Shown one piece after another: positions 27,354 to 36,232 of a stretch of DNA of 64,000 nt. The notes beneath the pieces were generated by a model that ran no database searches, was not told the origin of the DNA, and saw only the letters and a list, made by a program, of their open reading frames with translations. This stretch comes from Balneolaceae bacterium. GTDB taxonomy: Bacteria > Bacteroidota > Rhodothermia > Balneolales > Balneolaceae. Position numbers and translations under genes: made by a program. The stretch lies in contig JAFIFA010000063.1 of NCBI GenBank assembly GCA_020832225.1, forward strand, positions 3,440 through 67,439. Direction: 5' to 3'. The first letter of the stretch is position 1. Every line of letters starts with the position of its first letter.

Positions 27354-29783
27354 TCAGGCGTCAAGAATCGCCACAATCCTCTCCTTCACATCTTCCAGGT
27401 GAACCCGGGTGGTACGGTTTGCAGCAGAGCCTAATGCGCTCTCCACATCACCAAGCAGTACATTTAGCTCATAGCGCAAGAGTGCCTTGATGTCGCTTCC
27501 GTGAACGTTATTACTGCTGCTCTCCATCAGGGAGTGGACATGACTCACGTAGGAGCGCTGTAAATTACGTCTGTAGACATCGATAGGGCTGTTGGATGAA
27601 AGCTCACTCCAAACGCCATTTCTAACATCCTCGAGCATTTCAGCTGCGGTGTAGGCCTCGCTACCACGGAACGCCTCATCCTCGATCATACGGTTCATTC
27701 TTGCCGTACTCATCACGTTTGAAAGGTGATTTCGCTGAAGGTTCTGAACCCGGTTTACTGCACCGGCGTGCTCAATATTGCGGAGAATAGATGCGTCGAG
27801 CAGCCACTCGGGAGTAACGAAGGCGTTTTCAACCAAAAACTCCATCGCTTTTTTCTGATAGTCTCTGTCTACAGGTGTGTAGACCTGGCCATCCTGATCG
27901 GTCGCAATTCGGTGGTAGTAGACGCCACCGATGTTGGTGATCACGTGCCCCACGTATCTGTTCCACATCCCGACAAGTTCACCGTAGATCTCCTGAAGAT
28001 CGTTATAACCTTGTCCCGGTGTGGAGGTCCAATCCAGTAGGTTCGGCACTACTCGCTGCAGGTTTTTCATGCCATAACCGGATGCCCTAACGGGATCGTC
28101 TGATAGTGTTTCGGTCTGTGCAGATGGATCGTAACCGGTCGATTGCCCAAATCGGTACATTGGATCATCAGCCTTTTCAAGAATCCATTCGTTGAGGGTT
28201 GGAATCTCATCTTCCGGTGTTTCAGCATCAGGAATCACACGGTATCCCCAGTTAATGGAGTAGAGATCGTAGGGGCCCAGTTTTCGGATAAAGCGCTCAA
28301 CACCATCTTCAGGCTGGGCAATATAGTTTTGACGGGCATAATCCATCACCGATGCAGATACACCATACTGCTCTGTAAAGGTTGGCGAGCGGAGTGAATC
28401 GACCGGATAGCCGCTGTTGGCAGCCATGTTGTGCGGCAGGCCAAGTGCGTGACCAATTTCATGTGCAATCACCTGCCGGATCGCCTCTTTCAGGTAGTCG
28501 TCATCAACCCGCATGGAACGTGCCTTTGGATTGGATGCACCGGTTTCAATCATCAGGCGATTGCGGTAGGATCGAAGGTGATTGTGATACCAGAAAATGT
28601 CGCTGGCAATAATCTCACCCGTTCGGGGATCGGACGTGCTTGGTCCTGTCGCGTTACGTACGGTATTGGCAACCCAGCGCACCATGTTGTATCGAATATC
28701 TTCCGGCTCAAAATCGGGATCTTCCTCTTTGGTAGGAGGGAGTTTCGCCTTGATGGCATTCTTGAAACCGGCCACTTCAAACGCTTCATTCCAGTCTTCA
28801 ACGCCATCAATCACAAGCTGTCGGTACTCTTCGGGCGTTGCAGGGTCTACGTAATAAACGATTGGCTGAACCGGCTCTACCAGCTCCCCGCGTGCATAAG
28901 CATCGGGATCGGACGGCTCGAGTCGCCATCGGCGAATCAGGGATCGGGTTGCGGTTTTCTGCTCATCTGAGCCAAAATCGAGCTGATTAATGGTAAACCA
29001 GCCAACACGATAATCGTGGTGACGCGGCATCATCGGCTCGGCAGGCAGCAAGATCATCGACTGATTCATCATCAGGGAGAGAGAGTTCGTTCCCCCGGAT
29101 GATGGCGGGTTAACCGCCTCGTAGGTCATCACATGGCGGGCTTCCACATTTCTTGGAAAGGTACGGACGGTATCGATGTAGCTGCGGCTGGCATCCAGAC
29201 GGCGAACCTGATACATATTGCGGAGTCCGCTGTTGAGTCCGGAGATGGCCGGCACATCTGTCTCAAAGAGGCTGTTCACCTGAATAACGGTCGATGAACT
29301 GTCCGGCCCAATAGCCTTGATGTCGAAGGATGCAATGATCGGCTCGAAGTTGTTGGCGCGAACTGAATAGGAGATCGGAAGTGAATCCGGCGCAACACTG
29401 TTGTAGAGGCGCTGCCTTATGTTGATCTTGTCGCGAACTTTCTCAAAAATGATCACCTGTTCGGCAGTGCTGGCACCACCGCTGCGAAACCCGAGAAAGT
29501 TGTGTGGGACGGCAGCTACACGGCTCACCATCAGGAAGTCACGTCCGAGAAGCGAGTCGGGAATTTCATAATAGATCTTGTCGTCCACATAGTGAACATC
29601 AACAACGCCACTGCTGGAGATGGCATCCGATGTGATAACGCTGCTGTAGCCGTTGGATGAGGAGTTTTGTGCAGATGATCGCTGAGTGGGAGGTGTTTCA
29701 GAGGCTGGCTCGGAGGTTGCGCAGGAGATGGCAAACAGAGCGGCAACCAACACCGTAAAAAGGGATGGTAACGCTTTATGCAT
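27354..29783 (-). CDS. Large exported zinc-dependent metalloprotease (DUF5117/DUF4953-type)
   Basis: Lipobox AISC. VIAHEIGHALGLPHNM HExxH zinc site. 809 aa, typical of this Bacteroidota-type family. Confidence 0.82.
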   Translation of the reverse strand: MHKALPSLFTVLVAALFAISCATSEPASETPPTQRSSAQNSSSNGYSSVITSDAISSSGVVDVHYVDDKIYYEIPDSLLGRDFLMVSRVAAVPHNFLGFRSGGASTAEQVIIFEKVRDKINIRQRLYNSVAPDSLPISYSVRANNFEPIIASFDIKAIGPDSSSTVIQVNSLFETDVPAISGLNSGLRNMYQVRRLDASRSYIDTVRTFPRNVEARHVMTYEAVNPPSSGGTNSLSLMMNQSMILLPAEPMMPRHHDYRVGWFTINQLDFGSDEQKTATRSLIRRWRLEPSDPDAYARGELVEPVQPIVYYVDPATPEEYRQLVIDGVEDWNEAFEVAGFKNAIKAKLPPTKEEDPDFEPEDIRYNMVRWVANTVRNATGPSTSDPRTGEIIASDIFWYHNHLRSYRNRLMIETGASNPKARSMRVDDDYLKEAIRQVIAHEIGHALGLPHNMAANSGYPVDSLRSPTFTEQYGVSASVMDYARQNYIAQPEDGVERFIRKLGPYDLYSINWGYRVIPDAETPEDEIPTLNEWILEKADDPMYRFGQSTGYDPSAQTETLSDDPVRASGYGMKNLQRVVPNLLDWTSTPGQGYNDLQEIYGELVGMWNRYVGHVITNIGGVYYHRIATDQDGQVYTPVDRDYQKKAMEFLVENAFVTPEWLLDASILRNIEHAGAVNRVQNLQRNHLSNVMSTARMNRMIEDEAFRGSEAYTAAEMLEDVRNGVWSELSSNSPIDVYRRNLQRSYVSHVHSLMESSSNNVHGSDIKALLRYELNVLLGDVESALGSAANRTTRVHLEDVKERIVAILDA

Positions 29784-29891
29784 ATGGAATATGAGCTAAG
29801 TTAATGAGTAAGACCATTGAATAAACGAAAAAAAGAGCACTTTTTACCAAAAGGATGCTCAGGAAGTGTAAAAAGTTTGCAGGAACATACT

Positions 29892-30794
29892 CTAAAGGGA
29901 TTTGTCATCCGCGCTCTTTTTCCCGGAATTCTGCTTCTCAATTGTGACCTGGTCACCCTCCCCAAACTTGGAACCTACAGGAGGTCTGTATTTTTGAAAC
30001 GGAATCATCAGAAGGTTCCCGAAGCGATCGTTCTCATAGGGATCCATATGGGTATCAATACCATACTTCAGTTTGCTGATGTCATCGATTTCGGAATAGG
30101 TGCCAAAGATTCGATCCCAGATTGCGAAGATATTGCCGTAGTTGGTATCAGTAAGAGGCTGGGTATAGTGGTGATGAATCTTGTGCATATTGGGCGTCAC
30201 GAAGATGTAGGATAGCAGGCGATCAACCCGTTTCGGCATATTGATATTGGCGTGGGTGATGTGTGCAAAGAGCACTGAGAGACTCTGATAGAGCATTACA
30301 ATGCCAATGGGAACGCCAACGAGAAAAACACCCATAATGGTAAAGAAGATTCGGAAGATGGTCTCTCCCGGATGGTGCCGAAGTCCGGTAGTCACATCAA
30401 CCGTAGTATCGCTGTGGTGGATCAGGTGAAACTTCCACATCCACTTCACTTTGTGTTCAGTCCAGTGAACCAGCCATGCCCCAATAAAGTCGAGAAGCAT
30501 TACGCCGATGATGATTTTGGCCCAAAGCGGTAGCTCAACCAGGTAGAGAAGGCCGAACTGATTATCTGCCACCCACCATGATGTAAAGTAGAGAACGCCG
30601 GCCAGCCCAAATCCGATAATCGCCGTAAAGAGGGTGAAGGCCAGATTGATGCCCGCATGACGGATCTTGTTGTACTGAAAGCGAAAGAGCGGGATCACTC
30701 CCTCCATTACCCAGAAGAGGAAAATACCACCGATCAAAATGGTTGCGCGCCATACGGTCGGGATATCCTCAAAAAATGCGATCAGTGATTCCAT
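29892..30794 (-). CDS. Fatty acid hydroxylase / sterol desaturase superfamily membrane protein
   Basis: Histidine boxes HWTEH, HLIHHSD and HKIHHHY in a 4-TM context. Confidence 0.82.
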   Translation of the reverse strand: MESLIAFFEDIPTVWRATILIGGIFLFWVMEGVIPLFRFQYNKIRHAGINLAFTLFTAIIGFGLAGVLYFTSWWVADNQFGLLYLVELPLWAKIIIGVMLLDFIGAWLVHWTEHKVKWMWKFHLIHHSDTTVDVTTGLRHHPGETIFRIFFTIMGVFLVGVPIGIVMLYQSLSVLFAHITHANINMPKRVDRLLSYIFVTPNMHKIHHHYTQPLTDTNYGNIFAIWDRIFGTYSEIDDISKLKYGIDTHMDPYENDRFGNLLMIPFQKYRPPVGSKFGEGDQVTIEKQNSGKKSADDKSL

Positions 30795-30831
30795 CGTAGA
30801 GATAAGCTGGTTCTGACGATACGTAGCGGCA

Positions 30832-32730
30832 TCAGCGACGTTTCACAATCAAGATAATCACCAGGACCAATAATAGAAAGGCGGCCAGCGGCCATACCCA
30901 CAAGGGTAGGGTGTATGTAATTGTGAGTCGTCCCTCCGGCTCCTCATACTGCTCGGGAATCATGGGCAGTCCAACATCGCCCTGCTCGTGCGACATCGCA
31001 TACTCCAGCACTGCCTGCCAAACCTTAAGCTGAGTACCGTCTCGTTCAATAATGGCATCGTCAAGCTCGATGGGCGATCCGGTTTCATCTCGAAGTTCAA
31101 TGGCAAGATTGGGGACCACATCTCCTACCATCGGCAGAAAACCGGCAATGTAGTAGTCGCTTACAATGTGGACCAATTCCTCACTCCCTTTACGGATGCG
31201 TCGCACCTCTCCGTCGGGCAACTCCAGTTCGGCACTTAGTACGGCCCTGGATGTGGGGATCGGCGTGCCTGAAAAGGGAATATGAAAGAGTACGGCTCTG
31301 TCAGGATTGTACATTTTTCTCAGACCGGAAAATTGAAGGAAGTAGGCGTCACCCATAAGTCCTGAAAGAAGTACAGAGACCTCCATAGCCCTGCGGATCT
31401 CATCTTCAGTTACATAAAATGATACGAGTGGGTATCCGGGATTGTCATCATCGCCGGAACCCAGTCCGGCCGCCATGGTGAGGTCGTAGAAAGTAATTTC
31501 GCCTTCACTCCACTCCATTTGGCCGGGACGGATATTGGCGCGGATCGCTCCGTTAGCCTGTGCCGCTACATCGACCCGTTTGCCAAGAGCCTCCTCTGCG
31601 GCTCTCTTCATGGCATCGGTGATGTAGTTTCCAATGGCCGACTCTTTTTGGGGATCGGTTCTGACAACCGGAAACCGTGAAGCAGCCACTCTCTGGCGAA
31701 TGTCGGTAATCTCCCCGCCGGTTAGTTCGCTGATCCACTCGTTTAGTATTTCTCTATACTCTTCAATCTCAGCTGCGATCTCCTCATCTTCGGGTACCGA
31801 TTGATCCAGCTTTTTAAGAAAAGGTGTCTCTTCGTTGTTGCGGATCGAAACTCTCTGCTCATCCGGATTCCAGCTCAGCTCCAGAACTCCCAGATAGTTG
31901 AGATACTGGCCTGCCTGAACAATGACGGTTTTACCCACTTCAATCGGCTCATAGAGAGGCGTATGGGAGTGGCCGCCAACAATAACATCAATTTCGGGTA
32001 CGGCTTCTGCAAGCAGGCGATCCTCGTAAACACCGGAGTGGTTAACGGAGATGATTACATCTACTCCCTCGGCCCGGAGACTCTCCACGGCTTTCTTGGC
32101 CGACTCAATCGGGTCGTCAAACTCCACATCGCCGGGCTCGGCAGTTTTTGAGATGGCGTCATCTCCGATTAGTCCAAAGATTCCAACTCTCAGCCCGTTA
32201 TCGAGCTCTCGGATTATCGTTTCGCGTATGCCGAGTTCGCTAAGGGGGTGATCCTGCGGTGGACGTGTATTGGTACCGAGAATCGCTGTTTGGTCGCCCG
32301 CTTCGGGGTAGCCGGCCGCTCTCAGGTAGTTTGCAAGTACATCGGGGCCGTAGTCAAATTCATGGTTGCCGATTGTGATGGCATCGTAACCGATTTTCTG
32401 CATCAGGCTCACCTCAGCAGCCACACCCTCCTTTAGCGGGAGCCAGCCAAAAGCGGGTCCGCCAAGAATATCGCCACCTGAAAAGAGAAGTACCGGTTCA
32501 TCCGATTGCAGCTTCATCTCCCTGATCGCTCTGACCGCACCAGCAAGCCGGGCAAATCCGCCGGTGGCAGGATTCTCATACTCGGGATGGTCGTCAACGG
32601 ATGGAATAGGGATCAGATGCGAGTGCTCATCATTGGTGTGCAGGATGGTAAAATGCAGCTCCTGTGCATGATTGACAGTGGTGAATGCACAAAAAAGTAA
32701 GAGAGTGATGAACGCGGCTTTAAGCTTCAA
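30832..32730 (-). CDS. Bifunctional metallophosphatase / 5'-nucleotidase with a C-terminal TM anchor
   Basis: Signal peptide. ILHTNDEHSH, GGD and GNHEFD calcineurin-like motifs. 5'-nucleotidase C-terminal domain. Terminal hydrophobic helix followed by KRR. Confidence 0.88.
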   Translation of the reverse strand: MKLKAAFITLLLFCAFTTVNHAQELHFTILHTNDEHSHLIPIPSVDDHPEYENPATGGFARLAGAVRAIREMKLQSDEPVLLFSGGDILGGPAFGWLPLKEGVAAEVSLMQKIGYDAITIGNHEFDYGPDVLANYLRAAGYPEAGDQTAILGTNTRPPQDHPLSELGIRETIIRELDNGLRVGIFGLIGDDAISKTAEPGDVEFDDPIESAKKAVESLRAEGVDVIISVNHSGVYEDRLLAEAVPEIDVIVGGHSHTPLYEPIEVGKTVIVQAGQYLNYLGVLELSWNPDEQRVSIRNNEETPFLKKLDQSVPEDEEIAAEIEEYREILNEWISELTGGEITDIRQRVAASRFPVVRTDPQKESAIGNYITDAMKRAAEEALGKRVDVAAQANGAIRANIRPGQMEWSEGEITFYDLTMAAGLGSGDDDNPGYPLVSFYVTEDEIRRAMEVSVLLSGLMGDAYFLQFSGLRKMYNPDRAVLFHIPFSGTPIPTSRAVLSAELELPDGEVRRIRKGSEELVHIVSDYYIAGFLPMVGDVVPNLAIELRDETGSPIELDDAIIERDGTQLKVWQAVLEYAMSHEQGDVGLPMIPEQYEEPEGRLTITYTLPLWVWPLAAFLLLVLVIILIVKRR

Positions 32731-32819
32731 GGGAAGTCGGTGCTTTTAGCAGTTATCGGATTTGATTATGTTTGGATGATCGATCTGCGACTATCAACCA
32801 TATTAACCTACAAAAGATC

Positions 32820-35348
32820 ATGCAAAAACAGACGACCTTTTTAGCGGCCCTGCTCATCCTGCTACTTACCGGATCAACCGCTTTTGCCCAGCTGCAATCT
32901 CCCGACGAATTTCTGGGCTATGAACTTGGCGACCGCTGGACTCCCCACCACCGTGTTCTCGATTATGTGAAGCATGTTGCTGATGAGTCGGACTGGGTAA
33001 CGGTTCACAGCTATGGAGAGACCTATCAGCATCGTGAGCTGGTATACCTCGTTGTTACCTCTCCGGACAATCACCAGAACATCGAGGAGATTCGGATGAA
33101 CAACCTGAGGCTGACCGGCCTTGAGGAAGGTACTCCCTCTGGCCTTCAAAAGGGGATTGTCTGGCTTAGCTACAACATTCATGGAAATGAGACATCAAGC
33201 AGTGAAGCGGCATTAAGAACGCTGCACGAACTGGTACGACCTGATAGCCCGGAGCCGAAAGAGTGGCTTCAAAATACCGTTGTTATCATGGACCCAATGT
33301 TGAATCCGGACGGCCGTGAGAGATACATCAACTGGTATACCAATATGAAAGGTGCTGAGGTAAATCCCACATTTGATGCACGGGAGCATCATGAGCCTTG
33401 GCCGGGTGGTCGCTCCAACCACTATATGTTCGACCTGAACCGCGACTGGGCATGGCAGGTGCAGAAGGAGTCTAAGTACAGATACAATATCTACAAGGAG
33501 TGGATGCCACACATACATGTCGATTTCCACGAGCAGAGCTATACAGCCCCCTACTATTTTGCACCGGCAGCAGAGCCGTTTCATGAGGCGATTACCGATT
33601 GGCAGCGCGAATTTCAGACCACAATCGGTGAGAATCACATTGAGTATTTTGATGAGGAGGGCTGGCTCTACTTTACCCGCCAGCGCTTCGATCTCTTCTA
33701 TCCCAGTTTTGGCGACACCTGGCCTACATTTCACGGATCGATCGGTATGACCTACGAGCAAGCGGGACACAGTCTGGCCGGTTTAGCGATCGAAACGCCC
33801 GAGGGTGATACGCTGACGCTTGCCGACCGTCTCCGCAACCACCACACTACCGGTATGTCTACCGTTGAGGTTGCTTCAAATAACGCCGACCGGATGGTGG
33901 AGGAGTTTGCCGCACACTTCGATCGTGGTATGAATGATCCGGACAGCCGGTATAAGACCTTTCTGGTAAAGGCAGACAACCATCCCGATAAGATCTACAA
34001 TCTGCTTACTATGCTCGACCATCTGAACATTGAGTATGGTACAACCGGTACAAGTCGGAACCGTGACGGATTCAACTACAGCACCGGCGAGACGGGTCGC
34101 ATTTCGGTGGCGGAGGATGATATCATTGTGAGCGTTTATCAGCCGCAATCTCAGCTCGTTCGGGTTCTTTTTGAACCCAACCCGGGGCTCGCAGACTCGT
34201 TGACTTATGACATTACCTCATGGGAGGCACACTACCGTTTTGGGCTTGAAGGGTATGCCCTGGAGCGACAGAAAACACCGGAGAGGAACGTATCGGCAGA
34301 GGATTTTCGCTCTTTTGAGTTGACCGGTTCCGATCGCCCCTACGCCTACGTTGTGGAGTGGAAAACGATGGATGATGCCCGTTTTCTGGCAGAGATTACC
34401 CGGCATGGTGTAAAGAGTCGGTTTGCAGAGATCCCCTTCTCGATAGACGGCCGTGAGTATGATAAAGGCACACTGGTGATTACGCGCGACAATAACCGGA
34501 GATTGGACAATTTTGATGATGTGGTGCAAAATGCAGCAGAGAACCACAGTCGTAAGATTCACGGAGCCGCCAGCGGGTTTGTAACCACCGGTGCCGACTT
34601 TGGATCGTCTGATGTTCGCTTCATCGAAAAACCGAAAGTGGCCGTGCTGATGGGTGATGGTACCGCCTCGCTCAACGCCGGTGAGATCTGGCACTTTTTT
34701 GATCATCAGCTGAAATACCCTGCAACCATTCTGCATACCAACTACCTGATGCGTGCGGATCTGAACGACTATAACGTGCTTGTATTGCCATCCGGATCTT
34801 ACAATGACGTGCTGGACGAGAGAGGAATGGAAAAGGTGAGCCGATGGGTGCGCGAGGGCGGAACTCTGATCGCCTTTGGAAATGCGAACCGTGTGCTTTC
34901 AGGTCACAATGGATTCAGGCTATCTGCAAAAACCGGATCGGTTGAAGAGAATGAAGGTGATGAAGATAGCCGGCTTCAGTCGTATGGCGAGCGTCAGCGG
35001 CGTGCGGTTAGTAACAACACACCCGGTTCCACTTTCCGTGTAACACTCGATAACACTCATCCCCTGGCGTTTGGGTATGGAGAGCACTACTACTCCCTAA
35101 AGAACAGTGCGGTTGCATATGACTTTCTGGATTCAGGATGGAATGTGGGCACGGTGCGTGAAGATGCCCACATGAGCGGATTTGCCGGCCAGAATGCGAA
35201 AGCGGCGCTTGAGAATTCGCTTTCGTTTGGTACTCACAGCTACGGTTCAGGGAATGTGGTCTACATGGTAGACAACCCCGTGTTCCGTGGTTTCTGGGAG
35301 AATGGAAAGCTCCTCTTTGTGAACGCCATCTTTTTTGTAGGCAATTGA
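32820..35348 (+). CDS. M14-family zinc carboxypeptidase (large, multi-domain, secreted)
   Basis: Signal peptide ending AFAQ. NIHGNETSS (HxxE zinc ligand) and a later DFHEQ region. The start is set at ATG 32820 rather than TTG 32772. Confidence 0.85.
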   Translation: MQKQTTFLAALLILLLTGSTAFAQLQSPDEFLGYELGDRWTPHHRVLDYVKHVADESDWVTVHSYGETYQHRELVYLVVTSPDNHQNIEEIRMNNLRLTGLEEGTPSGLQKGIVWLSYNIHGNETSSSEAALRTLHELVRPDSPEPKEWLQNTVVIMDPMLNPDGRERYINWYTNMKGAEVNPTFDAREHHEPWPGGRSNHYMFDLNRDWAWQVQKESKYRYNIYKEWMPHIHVDFHEQSYTAPYYFAPAAEPFHEAITDWQREFQTTIGENHIEYFDEEGWLYFTRQRFDLFYPSFGDTWPTFHGSIGMTYEQAGHSLAGLAIETPEGDTLTLADRLRNHHTTGMSTVEVASNNADRMVEEFAAHFDRGMNDPDSRYKTFLVKADNHPDKIYNLLTMLDHLNIEYGTTGTSRNRDGFNYSTGETGRISVAEDDIIVSVYQPQSQLVRVLFEPNPGLADSLTYDITSWEAHYRFGLEGYALERQKTPERNVSAEDFRSFELTGSDRPYAYVVEWKTMDDARFLAEITRHGVKSRFAEIPFSIDGREYDKGTLVITRDNNRRLDNFDDVVQNAAENHSRKIHGAASGFVTTGADFGSSDVRFIEKPKVAVLMGDGTASLNAGEIWHFFDHQLKYPATILHTNYLMRADLNDYNVLVLPSGSYNDVLDERGMEKVSRWVREGGTLIAFGNANRVLSGHNGFRLSAKTGSVEENEGDEDSRLQSYGERQRRAVSNNTPGSTFRVTLDNTHPLAFGYGEHYYSLKNSAVAYDFLDSGWNVGTVREDAHMSGFAGQNAKAALENSLSFGTHSYGSGNVVYMVDNPVFRGFWENGKLLFVNAIFFVGN

Positions 35349-35367
35349 ACCAGTTGAAAAGAGATAG

Positions 35368-35409
35368 AGCCCGGCATCGCTTAAAAGTGGTTCCGGGCTT
35401 TTTTTTTAC
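35368..35409 (+). terminator. Intrinsic terminator of the M14 peptidase gene
   Basis: AGCCCGG (35368-35374) pairs with CCGGGCT (35393-35399), followed by T9-10. Confidence 0.8.
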
Positions 35410-35485
35410 CGCGAAGGACGCGTAGTTTGAACTAAGGTCGCTGTGGGGGGGGTATCTGAAATCCTCCCTTTCTTGAATTACCTGC

Positions 35486-35520
35486 GTTACGTGTTTCGAG
35501 TTACGGGTTGCGGGTTCGGG
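35486..35520. repeat. Five tandem heptamers GTTnCGn
   Basis: GTTACGT GTTTCGA GTTACGG GTTGCGG GTTCGGG, read directly. The unit is not a multiple of 3. Confidence 0.8.
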
Positions 35521-35999
35521 CGAAATCTCAGAAATGGTTCGTATTTGTATATTTTCCACTACCCTCCTAGACTAACCCCTGGATCTCAAAACTACCCGGA
35601 CAGATATATTTAAGAGGGTGAGGTACAGCGGGGAGCGTTGAGGGGCTTGTGATGAAGGTTGGGGTTTGAAACATTTAACGATTCCTCCGCTCCGCTACCA
35701 GTGACAGATTCGAAAATGCGTCTTGTTTTTAAAAGAGGAACACCTCCCGAGTGGGTCGGGACGTCGCTAAGCTCCGCCTCCCGGCTTACGCCGTACTGCC
35801 CTCCCCGACGGTTCGGGGCAGGCCAAGGGGAGATTTATTCTGTCACCCAATCAATAGTGTTGCCCGCTTTTGGCAAAATTAGTGGCTTTGAATAACATTT
35901 CTGGGTGGTTTAAATGAGCGGCGCGCTGTGTCAGTATTTAGCACAATCATCCGCTTGCGCCGCTTCAGTGTTCATCGCCCCTATCAACCCTCAACGCTA

Positions 36000-36023
36000 T
36001 GCGCCAGGCGCTCAGCGCCAAGC
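36000..36023. repeat. 24-nt direct repeat, copy 1 (TGCGCCAGGCGCTCAGCGCCAAGC)
   Basis: 22/24 identical to 36206-36229. It contains the GGCGC-TCA-GCGCC mini-hairpin. Confidence 0.8.
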
Positions 36024-36083
36024 TACCCTCCGAGCCCTGAAAGGGCGCTCCAACTCAGCCCGGAGCAACGTTTCGGGCTGCAA

Positions 36084-36118
36084 GCTTCGGGCTTCCGGCT
36101 TCAGCCTTCTGGCTTTCC
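36084..36118. repeat. Five tandem heptamers GCTTCnG
   Basis: GCTTCGG GCTTCCG GCTTCAG CCTTCTG GCTTTCC, read directly. Confidence 0.8.
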
Positions 36119-36205
36119 CACGATACAACTTCAAGAGACGCTGCCAAGAGCTTCGCACGTTGGCAGGTCCCCTTTGAGCTTTTCGCTCCTCATACATCTT
36201 TGCTC

Positions 36206-36229
36206 TGCGCCATGCGCTTAGCGCCAAGC
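36206..36229. repeat. 24-nt direct repeat, copy 2 (TGCGCCATGCGCTTAGCGCCAAGC)
   Basis: 22/24 identical to 36000-36023. It lies 4 nt downstream of the YdjM-like stop codon. Confidence 0.8.
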
Positions 36230-36232
36230 GAA

